Source of the DNA: Clostridia bacterium
GTDB taxonomy: Bacteria; Bacillota; Clostridia; Oscillospirales; CAG-272
Direction: 5' to 3'
Assembly (NCBI GenBank): GCA_017398145.1
Contig: JAFQHD010000074.1
Span: 1 to 47,464 of the forward strand
Length of the DNA stretch: 47,464 bases
Shown: positions 35,339 to 44,494 of the stretch, in pieces
How the letters are laid out: every line of letters begins with the position of its first letter
How positions within the stretch are numbered: position 1 is the stretch's first letter
Position numbers and translations under genes: made by a program
The notes under the pieces: model-generated
Databases searched by the model: none
What the model saw: the letters and a program-made list of their open reading frames with translations, nothing else
Told to the model about the DNA's origin: nothing

Positions 35339-36370
35339 TCACATTATTAGCTCATACCTACTCATAACAAGCTCTACGATCTCGGCTGTTCTGACACGCA
35401 TACCAATTTTAGATATAACACCTCGTACCGTATCCTCGGTGATCACGGGAATATACTCACGGTATTCGGGATAGGTGTCTATAAGCTCGCGGAACAGTGT
35501 TATGAGCATATCGCTTGATTTGGGCTTTGATGGATATCCGCGGGAAATGAGTGCCATATTGTTATCATAGTTAGGCGCAAGACCTATAAGCTCACCTGTT
35601 GCCGTGTCTCTCAAAAGTCCGAAATTGTTGGTATGACGGTCGGGGTTAGCTACCACGGTATCCATAAACACGAGCTTTATATAGTCGGGTATCGCTTCGG
35701 GACAAAGCTTTTTCAACGCCTCTATCACATCGGTATAGTCCTCGTTGTCCCCCATAAATGCGGATGCAGGCTCAAAATTCACCGTCGCCGCATCTGTAAA
35801 ATCAAGCGTCCTGATACACTTGTCGCCACGTTCGTACGTCGCCATATTCATATCGAGAGCTTTTCCCAGCTCATAAACAAACAGCTCAGAAAACGCCTCA
35901 TCGTGATTAGCTTTTTTATACATCCACCACTTGCCCTTTTTCAGCTTCCAGCACTTCTCAAAGCTTCCCACATTGGTAAGCTCGGGAGTTCTGGAACGCT
36001 TGCTGTTTGCCGCACGGTTGAAGCTGTCGTAGGTTCCCTTAAGCGCAAGGTTTGAAAAATAATCGTCTGTAAACCTGACATCCTCATATTTAAGCTCAGA
36101 GCCTTCTTCTCTTATCCAATAATTATCGGTTACGGTAGCTCCGTTCACATGGATAACTGTGGATATATCATCCTTTTCGGTAAGACGCAACGCCTTCTTT
36201 AACAGTCTGGAATTGGCTCTGTGGCTGTCGATAGCTCTGGATTCGAGCCACATATCTGCATTGCTTATTCTTCTGAGGAAAAGCGGAAGCAATGCTTCGT
36301 TTTTCACGGTAAGAGTATTATCATTCCATACGGCAACAAGGCTATTGCCGCTTAAAACTTCATAATTCAT
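35339..36370 (-). CDS. HipA/CtkA-like Ser/Thr kinase
   Basis: GSFEKCW...WWMYKK, SELFVYELG, DTVVANPDRHTNNFG, APNYDN. Confidence 0.82.
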   Translation of the reverse strand: MNYEVLSGNSLVAVWNDNTLTVKNEALLPLFLRRISNADMWLESRAIDSHRANSRLLKKALRLTEKDDISTVIHVNGATVTDNYWIREEGSELKYEDVRFTDDYFSNLALKGTYDSFNRAANSKRSRTPELTNVGSFEKCWKLKKGKWWMYKKANHDEAFSELFVYELGKALDMNMATYERGDKCIRTLDFTDAATVNFEPASAFMGDNEDYTDVIEALKKLCPEAIPDYIKLVFMDTVVANPDRHTNNFGLLRDTATGELIGLAPNYDNNMALISRGYPSKPKSSDMLITLFRELIDTYPEYREYIPVITEDTVRGVISKIGMRVRTAEIVELVMSRYELIM

Positions 36371-36460
36371 TTCATTGCCTCCTTTTCTTGGTTATGTAAA
36401 CAGTATATCACAAGTATATTTTACAGTCAATGAAATTTTGTACTTTATTCTATTTAACAC

Positions 36461-36492
36461 AAATCCCCTGCCGAATATTCGGCAGGGGATTT
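36461..36492. terminator. Terminator of the protease-esterase gene
   Basis: AAATCCCCTGCCGAAT-ATTCGGCAGGGGATTT perfect palindrome. Confidence 0.85.
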
Positions 36493-36503
36493 CGTTTGAT
36501 TGA

Positions 36504-39500
36504 TTATTTGAGATCGGTAAAGGATATGGCGGGCATACCGTACGCGTTACAGAGAGTGACCTCTGCGCCGTAGAAGTAGCCGACGTTAGCATTATATCTG
36601 ACACCCAGCAGCTCAAAGGAGCCTGCATCAATGGTGATGGTGTCGCTACCTGTGATTATCATACCCTGATGCTGGATCCATGTGGGAGTACCGTTGTAAT
36701 TTATAAGGATATCAATACCCTTAACATTACCTGAACGGTCGTGGGTGGTAAGTCCGTCACCTACATAGTCCATCTTGATATATGCCTTGCTTGTGCCTTC
36801 GTAGATAACCTCGCGAAGCAGCGGTCCCTGAACGTTATTAAGATCACCTATGCCGAACTTACGGGCTGCAACTATCTCGGAGAGACGGATCGCCTGATGA
36901 TGCTTGATATAAGGATGAACGTTGTTGAACCAGGTCATATCTCTGAAGAGGTCGGAAGTGGAAACTACGTAGCAGTCATCCAGCATTGTAGGAACTATAC
37001 CAAGCTCGCCCTTAACAGCACTTACGTCAAGGAATGCAGGACCGGCAGACTGGTACTGTGTGGGAAGCTCCATCATATAAACGCTGAAGTCGTCGTTACC
37101 GAAGTTAGCACGGAAGTACTCCATAAGCTCGGTAAACATATCGCTGAAGCTGTAGTAATCCTTGCCGTAGGTCAGCTTTGAGTTATACCAGTCAGACTCG
37201 CCCTGATACCAGAGGATACCTGCACAGGAGAAGTTCTTTAAGGGATTGATCATCTGGTTATAGACAAATCTGGTCTTCATTGCGGGGTTGATAAGACCGT
37301 TATAACCAAAGTAATAAGTACCGGTTGCCTCATCGTAGATCTCGTGTCCCCACTTTTCCGCCAGCTCGTTTGGAGCAAAGCAAGCTATGGGAAGTCCTGT
37401 TGCGTCTATCTCGATAACACCAACGGGAACCTCACTCTTGTTGGTCATATTGTATGCAAAAAGGTAACCCAGAGCTGAGAATACCTCCTTACCCATCTCC
37501 TCACGGAAGAGATAGTATATATCGGAAGGCTGCTGATATTTACTGAGTGCCGCGCCTACGTCAGAGGGCTTCTGCCATACTCTGCCGTTGTATACGTCAT
37601 CATAGAGTGTAGGTGTGCCCTGTGCCATAGTGCCTGTAGCACTCTGATAATCGTAGCTGGATATACGGAAGAAACGCATATCGCGGTTATCGTCAAAGTC
37701 GTAAGCAAGCTCGTTGCCCCTGCCGTTAAGGGTGAGGTCAAAGATCTGCTCGCCTAAGCTGTAAAGAACGTTTGACTGACCGATGATATAGTATACGTCA
37801 CCGATAAGAACATCCTTGATAACCGTCTCACCGTCAGCAGAGGTTATTGTCAGATCCTGAGGCTCGGTATTGTAATCGAATGTGTCAGGGAAGGTAACCT
37901 TCCAGTTACCCTCGGCATCAACGGGAGCGGACGCTCTCTTACCGTCAAGCTCAACCACAACGTCACCGCTGTTTGCATCTGCAAAGCCCCATACAGACAG
38001 GGCCTCGTCGCGCTGAAGTATCATATTATCGGTAAAGGCACTTGAAAGCTTTACGTTTGTTGCGGTAGACTCTGCTACCTCTATCTTGGGGATAGCTCTT
38101 GTCTCTGTCTCACCGCAAAGTGTACAGGTCCTTGTTTCAACGCCTTCTGCTTCCTCGGTTGCGGGAGTTGTAACTACCCATTCGCCCCACTCGTGAGCGC
38201 ACTTAGGAAGATCGTCCTCGGTAAGTTCTATAAGATAGAAGTTATAGGACTCGTCGTTATACTGTACCATGAAGCTCCAGCGTCCTGCACGGTCAAGCTC
38301 TACCGTAAGCAGTCCGTCAACGATATCAGCGCTCTTAAGATACTTGGATCCTTCTGCAGCCTTGATAGCGTTAGCAGTTGTATACTTACCGGGAGCATAT
38401 CTTACGATATAGAGATCGTCAAGCTCGCCTATCGTGATCTTGTTGCCGTCCTGAACGAATGCAGGAACCTTCTTTGCTACGTTGTAATAGTAGAAGTGTT
38501 TGTAGCCGTTGTTAAATTCAACTACTACAGTTACCTCACCCTCTTCTCTGTACTGGATCATATAAGACTCTGCGTTCTTAATATCACTCTTGTTGGAGAA
38601 GTTACGAACGTCTGCGGCCTTCTTGATATCGCCTACAGAGGTATAATGACCATATGCGGTACGGATGATCTTGATATCGGGAATATTAGATACTGTCAGC
38701 TGAAGTCCGTTTTCACTGAACTCGGGGTAGTCAACTGTAATATCGTGATGAATTAAATCAAAACTACCGTCATTGTATCTGATAAGAATGGTATAAGGAC
38801 CGGGGTTAGTAAGAGTATAGCTGAAATCGTGGGTGGTCTTTGCATACAGGTCAAGCTTGTTTTTGGATGCCTGATACTTGAAGCCTGTGAAGGGCTTGAT
38901 CTCATTATAACTGCCAAATATACCCTCTGCGATCCATATATCCTTATAATTATCCGCATAGTCCTTAATGGTGAGCTTAACACCGTAGGATTCTACATAA
39001 GGTGTGATATCATTAACATCTGCATAGAGGAAGTAGCCTGTACCGTCGTTTGTTCTTACCCAGAAGGTGTAACTTCCCATCCAGGGCAGATCGTAGGTAA
39101 ATATACCGTCAGCGGTATACTTAGCAACCGTTGCGGCATCAAGAGTAACGTTACGCTCTGCTGCCTTTATCTCGGAACCTGTTGTATAGGTTCCTATTGC
39201 AAATCTTATTTCCTTGATGTCTGTAATGTTATCAAGAGTAATTGTATAGTTATTTACATCAACTATAGCCGGATCGGTGGAGAGTTTGGGGATCTCTCTT
39301 GTTTCGGTAGCTCCGCAGCCGCGACGGCATTCTCTTGTTTCAACGCCTGCTTCTGTCTCGGTTGCTTCCTTGGTTACGACCCAATCCTTCCATACGTGAC
39401 CGAGAGCTGCAATAGCTTCGGTATATGTATCTCCACAGTTTGCACAGGTAAAGGTCTTGACTCCGTCCTCGGTACATGTAGGAACAGTTGTGGTACTGCC

Positions 39501-42302
39501 TTCGTCATAGCTGTGACCGATTGCGGGAATTACTTCTGTGTAGCTGTCACCGCACTTACAGGTATAGGTTATAACACCATCCTCTGTACAGGTAGCAGGA
39601 CTCTCGGTAGCTGTATACTTGTGTACGTGCTCTGCCTCACCCCACATTGCGTAAAGGGTAAGAGGTTCGGTTACGTCATATTCTTCGCCAATAGCATAGA
39701 ACATACCGCTGCCGTCAGACTCGGTGTTCCAGCCTGCAAGAGTTTGCTCTGCACCTGTGGGAATAGATGCCAAGCCTGTGTAACACTCCTTGTTTTTGCG
39801 GAGATTTCCGTTGGCATCGGCATATTCGGTATAGTCGCCGGGGCCAAGCACAGTATAGCCGTCACCGTCGGTAATATAGTTGAAGTCCTGAACCATTATA
39901 CCGGTATTGTTATTAAGATCATAGGTGACGATCGGATCCCAAGCGGCATATACAAAGATGTTCTCGCCGTAAGGAACACGGTCGGTATCTACCATAAACA
40001 CACTGTCCTTATAGGCATTGGGATAGATAACGTATTCGTAGCCGTTGTTGGCATCGTGATCACCGTAAGTGGTCGCACCCTTGCCGTTACCGGTCCAGAA
40101 TTCGGGTACCGTCATATCGTCACGGTCTGTCTGGAGACGGTATCCCTCACGGGAAATACTTCTGATATCCTGAGGGAATTCAAATACTGAAGCGAACCTC
40201 ATAAGACCGTGGGTAGTGGGACTCTTAATACTCTGTACAGTCTTCCACTTTTCCCACTTACCGCCGTTGGCATTGTAATATACCGCGTAGTTACCGCCTG
40301 TGGGATATAAGCCGTCCTCATCCGAACGGATCCATACAGCCTTGAGAGTTATCTCTCCCGGAACTATATATTTCTTACCCTGAGTAAATATATGTGTTCC
40401 TGCATTTCCCGATTCACTCCAACCGATAAATGCCCAACCGTCATATTCGGGAGTTACGTCGGGGATTTCTATAACGTTGCCCGTTGCGCTGACGATGGGA
40501 TCGGGTGCCTCTGCATCCAGTACGGGATCAAAGGATACCTTGACACCGTAATAATTGTTCTGATGACCGAGACGGTTGTATGCGTTCTGAATATCCTGCT
40601 TACAAGCATCGGGATCTTCAAGAACAGCCTTTGCGTTCGTAAGATAAATATTATCCTCGGGATAACCGTAAGCAACAGCTGTATTGTACTGAGCCTGAAG
40701 CGCGGATTTGTCTTGAGGATCAAGGTCCTTGGTAAATGCCTTGATAAAGAAATTGCCCTCATTTTCATACCAGACATAACTGGTATCCGATACTCTGAGC
40801 AGATAGTAGCTCTGACCGGAGCGTGCCTTTGAAAACTGTACGTCCTCACTTGCAGCAAGCGGTCTGTCGCTTGTTAAGGAGGTGTTTTCCAGCACTACCG
40901 TAAATCTCTGCCCGGGAGTAAGAACCACGTGATCCTTGAGACGTATCGTTCTGTAGCCTTCACCAGAAACTTCCTCGGTAACGGCAGAAACCAAACGTCC
41001 CTTGAAGGGGTCGTTTACGGGATTGTCAACGTATATCTTGACCGTCAGGCGTGATCTTGCATCCAAGGTATATACGCCAACCTGAGTAAGAAGCTCGTTG
41101 CCCTTTGCGTAGAAGGTATTTGCGGTAGTTACCGTATTACCGAAAGCTATAGCTCCGTTCAAGCCTAAGAACATAGCACCTTCTGCCCAGGATGGATCGT
41201 AGGTATAGTTGTTATCTACAACATCCGTAGGTTCAAAATCCATAACCCACGCGTGGTTAAGAGAAACATCATAGTAGGAAAGCCAGAAGTAGCCCTCGTC
41301 GCCCCAATCTGTGCCCCAGGAGTTTTTAACAAGCCAAGCGCCCGGGCCGGGAGGGCTTTTAACAAATGCGGACTGAGGGATAGTATCATCCCAACCGACT
41401 ACAAGTACCTCGTGGTTGAGCTGAGGGAACTGATCCTGATAATGTGTTGTATATTCTCCGAAACGGTATGCTGTCTTTACCGAATAATAGGTAATTGCCA
41501 GACATCCGTATATCTGAAGATATGCCTTCATCGTAGCGATGTTGTGACCGTCGAGATGAACGTTCGTTATCATATGCTGCTCGGATACGAAACGGTTTGT
41601 TTCGTTATAAGCATAGCCGTGATAGGGTCCGTCCCAATCGGGGTCGGGAGCGTATTCCTCAAGCTCGGGACCCGACCATCTTCCGAATGCCGCACCTGAA
41701 ACGTAGTTGTTACCGCCGTAATTATATGGATCCGCTGCATTATATCCGTCCATATAACCCGGGTCGGTGGGATCGGGATTTTTGGTACGGTTACCAAAGT
41801 ATGCAAGGTGACCGTCGGCAAAATCTATGTCTGTAACTGCGTTGTTACGCATATACGCCGTTTCTGCCGCAGCTGTTGCAGCCTGCGCCCAGCAGCTGCC
41901 TGCAGCACCCTGGTCCTTGACGGGAGTGATGATCGAAGCGCCTGCGGCATTCTTCACCTCACGGCTGTCATACCGTGAAGGAGCTGCCGTAGCGTTGGCA
42001 GCCGCAAGCTCTCTTGCATTGAGGCTGTGGGCAGCCATTTCTCTTTCGATCTTATTGCCGTTCTCGTCATAGGTCTCCATTTCCATATAGCCGTATTCGG
42101 ATATTGCGCCCGGCTTTATGTAATACTTGTCGATATAATCGTCAACATTGATATTCGCAAGATCCAATGCTGATTCTGCAGGCTCAACGGGAGCCGTCGA
42201 ATAGTAGCTGTCAGCTTCATTTGCTAACAAAACAGTGGGGATAGATGATAACAGCATTAACGTACAGATCATAATGCTTATTATCCGTTGAGAAAGCTTC
42301 AT
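36504..42302 (-). CDS. Secreted 1932-aa protein: C1A papain-like cysteine protease + lectin-like + InlB-B-type and Cys/His repeats + C-terminal sialate O-acetylesterase (SGNH)
   Basis: Signal peptide; VKDQG..GSCWA, NHEVLVVGWDD, KNSWG..WGDEGYFWLSY; F.GW/YNANGG repeats; ATCTEDG repeats; FTDNMILQR, IGDVY.IIGQSN, ILWYQGES, NVHP. Confidence 0.88.
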   Translation of the reverse strand: MKLSQRIISIMICTLMLLSSIPTVLLANEADSYYSTAPVEPAESALDLANINVDDYIDKYYIKPGAISEYGYMEMETYDENGNKIEREMAAHSLNARELAAANATAAPSRYDSREVKNAAGASIITPVKDQGAAGSCWAQAATAAAETAYMRNNAVTDIDFADGHLAYFGNRTKNPDPTDPGYMDGYNAADPYNYGGNNYVSGAAFGRWSGPELEEYAPDPDWDGPYHGYAYNETNRFVSEQHMITNVHLDGHNIATMKAYLQIYGCLAITYYSVKTAYRFGEYTTHYQDQFPQLNHEVLVVGWDDTIPQSAFVKSPPGPGAWLVKNSWGTDWGDEGYFWLSYYDVSLNHAWVMDFEPTDVVDNNYTYDPSWAEGAMFLGLNGAIAFGNTVTTANTFYAKGNELLTQVGVYTLDARSRLTVKIYVDNPVNDPFKGRLVSAVTEEVSGEGYRTIRLKDHVVLTPGQRFTVVLENTSLTSDRPLAASEDVQFSKARSGQSYYLLRVSDTSYVWYENEGNFFIKAFTKDLDPQDKSALQAQYNTAVAYGYPEDNIYLTNAKAVLEDPDACKQDIQNAYNRLGHQNNYYGVKVSFDPVLDAEAPDPIVSATGNVIEIPDVTPEYDGWAFIGWSESGNAGTHIFTQGKKYIVPGEITLKAVWIRSDEDGLYPTGGNYAVYYNANGGKWEKWKTVQSIKSPTTHGLMRFASVFEFPQDIRSISREGYRLQTDRDDMTVPEFWTGNGKGATTYGDHDANNGYEYVIYPNAYKDSVFMVDTDRVPYGENIFVYAAWDPIVTYDLNNNTGIMVQDFNYITDGDGYTVLGPGDYTEYADANGNLRKNKECYTGLASIPTGAEQTLAGWNTESDGSGMFYAIGEEYDVTEPLTLYAMWGEAEHVHKYTATESPATCTEDGVITYTCKCGDSYTEVIPAIGHSYDEGSTTTVPTCTEDGVKTFTCANCGDTYTEAIAALGHVWKDWVVTKEATETEAGVETRECRRGCGATETREIPKLSTDPAIVDVNNYTITLDNITDIKEIRFAIGTYTTGSEIKAAERNVTLDAATVAKYTADGIFTYDLPWMGSYTFWVRTNDGTGYFLYADVNDITPYVESYGVKLTIKDYADNYKDIWIAEGIFGSYNEIKPFTGFKYQASKNKLDLYAKTTHDFSYTLTNPGPYTILIRYNDGSFDLIHHDITVDYPEFSENGLQLTVSNIPDIKIIRTAYGHYTSVGDIKKAADVRNFSNKSDIKNAESYMIQYREEGEVTVVVEFNNGYKHFYYYNVAKKVPAFVQDGNKITIGELDDLYIVRYAPGKYTTANAIKAAEGSKYLKSADIVDGLLTVELDRAGRWSFMVQYNDESYNFYLIELTEDDLPKCAHEWGEWVVTTPATEEAEGVETRTCTLCGETETRAIPKIEVAESTATNVKLSSAFTDNMILQRDEALSVWGFADANSGDVVVELDGKRASAPVDAEGNWKVTFPDTFDYNTEPQDLTITSADGETVIKDVLIGDVYYIIGQSNVLYSLGEQIFDLTLNGRGNELAYDFDDNRDMRFFRISSYDYQSATGTMAQGTPTLYDDVYNGRVWQKPSDVGAALSKYQQPSDIYYLFREEMGKEVFSALGYLFAYNMTNKSEVPVGVIEIDATGLPIACFAPNELAEKWGHEIYDEATGTYYFGYNGLINPAMKTRFVYNQMINPLKNFSCAGILWYQGESDWYNSKLTYGKDYYSFSDMFTELMEYFRANFGNDDFSVYMMELPTQYQSAGPAFLDVSAVKGELGIVPTMLDDCYVVSTSDLFRDMTWFNNVHPYIKHHQAIRLSEIVAARKFGIGDLNNVQGPLLREVIYEGTSKAYIKMDYVGDGLTTHDRSGNVKGIDILINYNGTPTWIQHQGMIITGSDTITIDAGSFELLGVRYNANVGYFYGAEVTLCNAYGMPAISFTDLK

Positions 42303-42497
42303 AGTTTGACCTCCATAAATAAATTCTTGTTATAATGATACTATATTATGTACAATTTGTCAACATTGTTTGAACTTTTAATGAGGTTTTTGTTTGTTTT
42401 TTACAACTATATTTTCCTATTTTGAAAATTTAAAGTATTACCAACTACCTATTGAGAAGAAAGAGGATATGTGATATAATATATAAAACGAGGTGAT

Positions 42498-43697
42498 GTG
42501 ATGCTCAAATACGAAAGATTATCCGACGAGATATCCGGAAAAATAAGCTCGGACAGAGAAAACGGCTCTCTGCCGAGGGTGGCGTTTGACGAAAATAAAG
42601 TTATCCGACGTAACTGTGACAAGGACAATGCAAGCGTTATCCGTACCGCCTTTATACGTGATATAGACAAGATAATCCATTGTCCCTACTACAACCGCTA
42701 TACCGACAAGACACAGGTGTTTTCCTTCTTCAGAAACGACGATATAACAAGGCGGGCTCTGCACGTTCAGCTCGTATCGCGCATAGCGCGTACCATCGGC
42801 AAGGCTCTGGGACTTAACCTTGACCTGATAGAGGCAATAGCTCTGGGTCACGATATCGGACATACCCCCTTCGGTCACGCAGGCGAGGAATATTTAGACG
42901 GGCTGTTCTTTGCTCATACGGGCAGACGTTTCAGCCACAATATACATTCGGTCAGAGTGCTTGACAAGATATTCCCCTATAATATTTCCTTACAGACCTT
43001 AAGCGGCATTGCCTCCCACGACGGCGAGATGGAGCTATGCGAATATTACCCTTCCCCACTTGTAAGCTTTGATACTTTTGACAGACAGATAGAGGGGTGT
43101 TACCTTGACAAAAAGAATGTTCGCAAGCTCGTCCCCTCTACCCTTGAGGGGTGTGTTATGCGTATATCCGATATAATCGCATATCTCGGCAAGGACCGAC
43201 AGGATGCCGAAAAGGCGGGGCTTCTTAAGACCGATTCATACGATGACTGCGCCATCGGTACATATAACGCCGAAATAATAAACAACCTTATGGTCAACAT
43301 CATAGAAAACAGCTACGGCAAGCCTTATATCAAAATGGATAATGAGCATTTTGAGGCTCTTAAAAAGGCAAAAGCAGATAATTATCAGCTGATATATAAA
43401 AAGGATTCGGTAAGAAGTGAGCTTGAAAACACCGTACAGCCCATGATGGAGCGTATGTACGAAAGGCTTTTAGCCGACCTTGTATCGTGTGATAAGGCTT
43501 CACCCGTATTTACCCATCATATAGACTATGTAAACACGGCTCATTATAACCGTGATATTCCCTACGAACAGACCGAGCCGAATCAGATAGTCGTTGATTA
43601 TATCGCCAGCATGACCGATGATTATTTTACAGATCTGTATTCATTTCTTTTCCCCGAAAGTGATCTGAAGATAACCTATAAGGGATATTTTGATTGA
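42498..43697 (+). CDS. dgt: Deoxyguanosinetriphosphate triphosphohydrolase (HD domain)
   Basis: RTAFIRDIDKIIH...KTQV, RALH, LGHDIGHTPFGHAGE, TLEG....SDIIAY, DYIASMTD. Confidence 0.9.
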   Translation: MMLKYERLSDEISGKISSDRENGSLPRVAFDENKVIRRNCDKDNASVIRTAFIRDIDKIIHCPYYNRYTDKTQVFSFFRNDDITRRALHVQLVSRIARTIGKALGLNLDLIEAIALGHDIGHTPFGHAGEEYLDGLFFAHTGRRFSHNIHSVRVLDKIFPYNISLQTLSGIASHDGEMELCEYYPSPLVSFDTFDRQIEGCYLDKKNVRKLVPSTLEGCVMRISDIIAYLGKDRQDAEKAGLLKTDSYDDCAIGTYNAEIINNLMVNIIENSYGKPYIKMDNEHFEALKKAKADNYQLIYKKDSVRSELENTVQPMMERMYERLLADLVSCDKASPVFTHHIDYVNTAHYNRDIPYEQTEPNQIVVDYIASMTDDYFTDLYSFLFPESDLKITYKGYFD

Positions 43698-43730
43698 TCT
43701 TCAAGAATGAACTATCTCTTAATCCCGGTA

Positions 43731-43759
43731 TTGATATTTTACATTTTTTGTAGTATAAT
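43731..43759 (+). promoter_or_regulatory. sigmaA promoter of the lipid operon
   Basis: TTGATA-17 nt-TATAAT, then AAGGAG RBS before TTG 43793. Confidence 0.65.
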
Positions 43760-43792
43760 GTTATATTATATTTTATTAAAAGGAGAAAGGCT

Positions 43793-44494
43793 TTGAGCCA
43801 AAATCAAAAAAAGAAGAAAAACCCGCCTTTTTATAATTTCTGCTATGACTTCGTCAAGATAACGGGCATTCTACCCGCCCTTATCTGGATGAGACCGAAG
43901 CTTCACTACCCCTTCGGCAAGCCGAAAACCAAGGGCGGACTTATGGTCATATCCAACCATCCCACCTTTATAGACCCCATAACGGTACAGCTGACCTTTC
44001 CCTTCCGACGCCTGCACAGCCTTGCTACCAAGGATATTTTCAGCAATCCGATAAAAAAAGGTCTGTTTACCTTGATGCACTGTATCATAGTAGACAAGGA
44101 TAATTTCAGCATGTCGTCCTTCCGTCAGGTGGTAGGCTGCCTTGAAGAAGGTAAGGCCGTAGTTATCTTCCCCGAGGGAAGGGTCAACAGAGAGTCCTCC
44201 ACAGAGCCTCTGCTTGCATTTAAATCCGGAGCCGTTATTATGGCTCACAAGGCAGGCGTACCAATTCTGCCCATGTATATCGTCAAAAACGAAAAATGGT
44301 ATCACCGTCAGCATATCGTGATCGGAGAAGCACTCAGCCCCATTGAAATGTTGGGGAAAATGCCAAACGTACAGGAGCTGAATATGGTAACCGAGCTTCT
44401 GAGAGAAAAGGAAGAAAAATTAAGAGACTACTACGAATCCCTTCTAATACATAAGCAGAAACGAAAGGATGAAGCAGATGAACGAGAAGTTTAA
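43793..44494 (+). CDS. plsC: PlsC-family lysophospholipid acyltransferase
   Basis: SNHPTFID (HX4D), IFPEGRVN, FKSGA, PILP. Confidence 0.9.
   Translation: MSQNQKKKKNPPFYNFCYDFVKITGILPALIWMRPKLHYPFGKPKTKGGLMVISNHPTFIDPITVQLTFPFRRLHSLATKDIFSNPIKKGLFTLMHCIIVDKDNFSMSSFRQVVGCLEEGKAVVIFPEGRVNRESSTEPLLAFKSGAVIMAHKAGVPILPMYIVKNEKWYHRQHIVIGEALSPIEMLGKMPNVQELNMVTELLREKEEKLRDYYESLLIHKQKRKDEADEREV

Noticed and set aside
25200-36400. Prophage or ICE integrated at tRNA-fMet
   Set aside because: No integrase, relaxase, conjugation or phage structural genes, and I saw no distant tRNA-end repeat; only the local ~290-bp duplication.
42498-43697. dGTPase as an anti-phage defence gene
   Set aside because: It looks like an ordinary Firmicute Dgt-family protein, and its immediate neighbours are not defence genes; it cannot be told apart without phylogeny.
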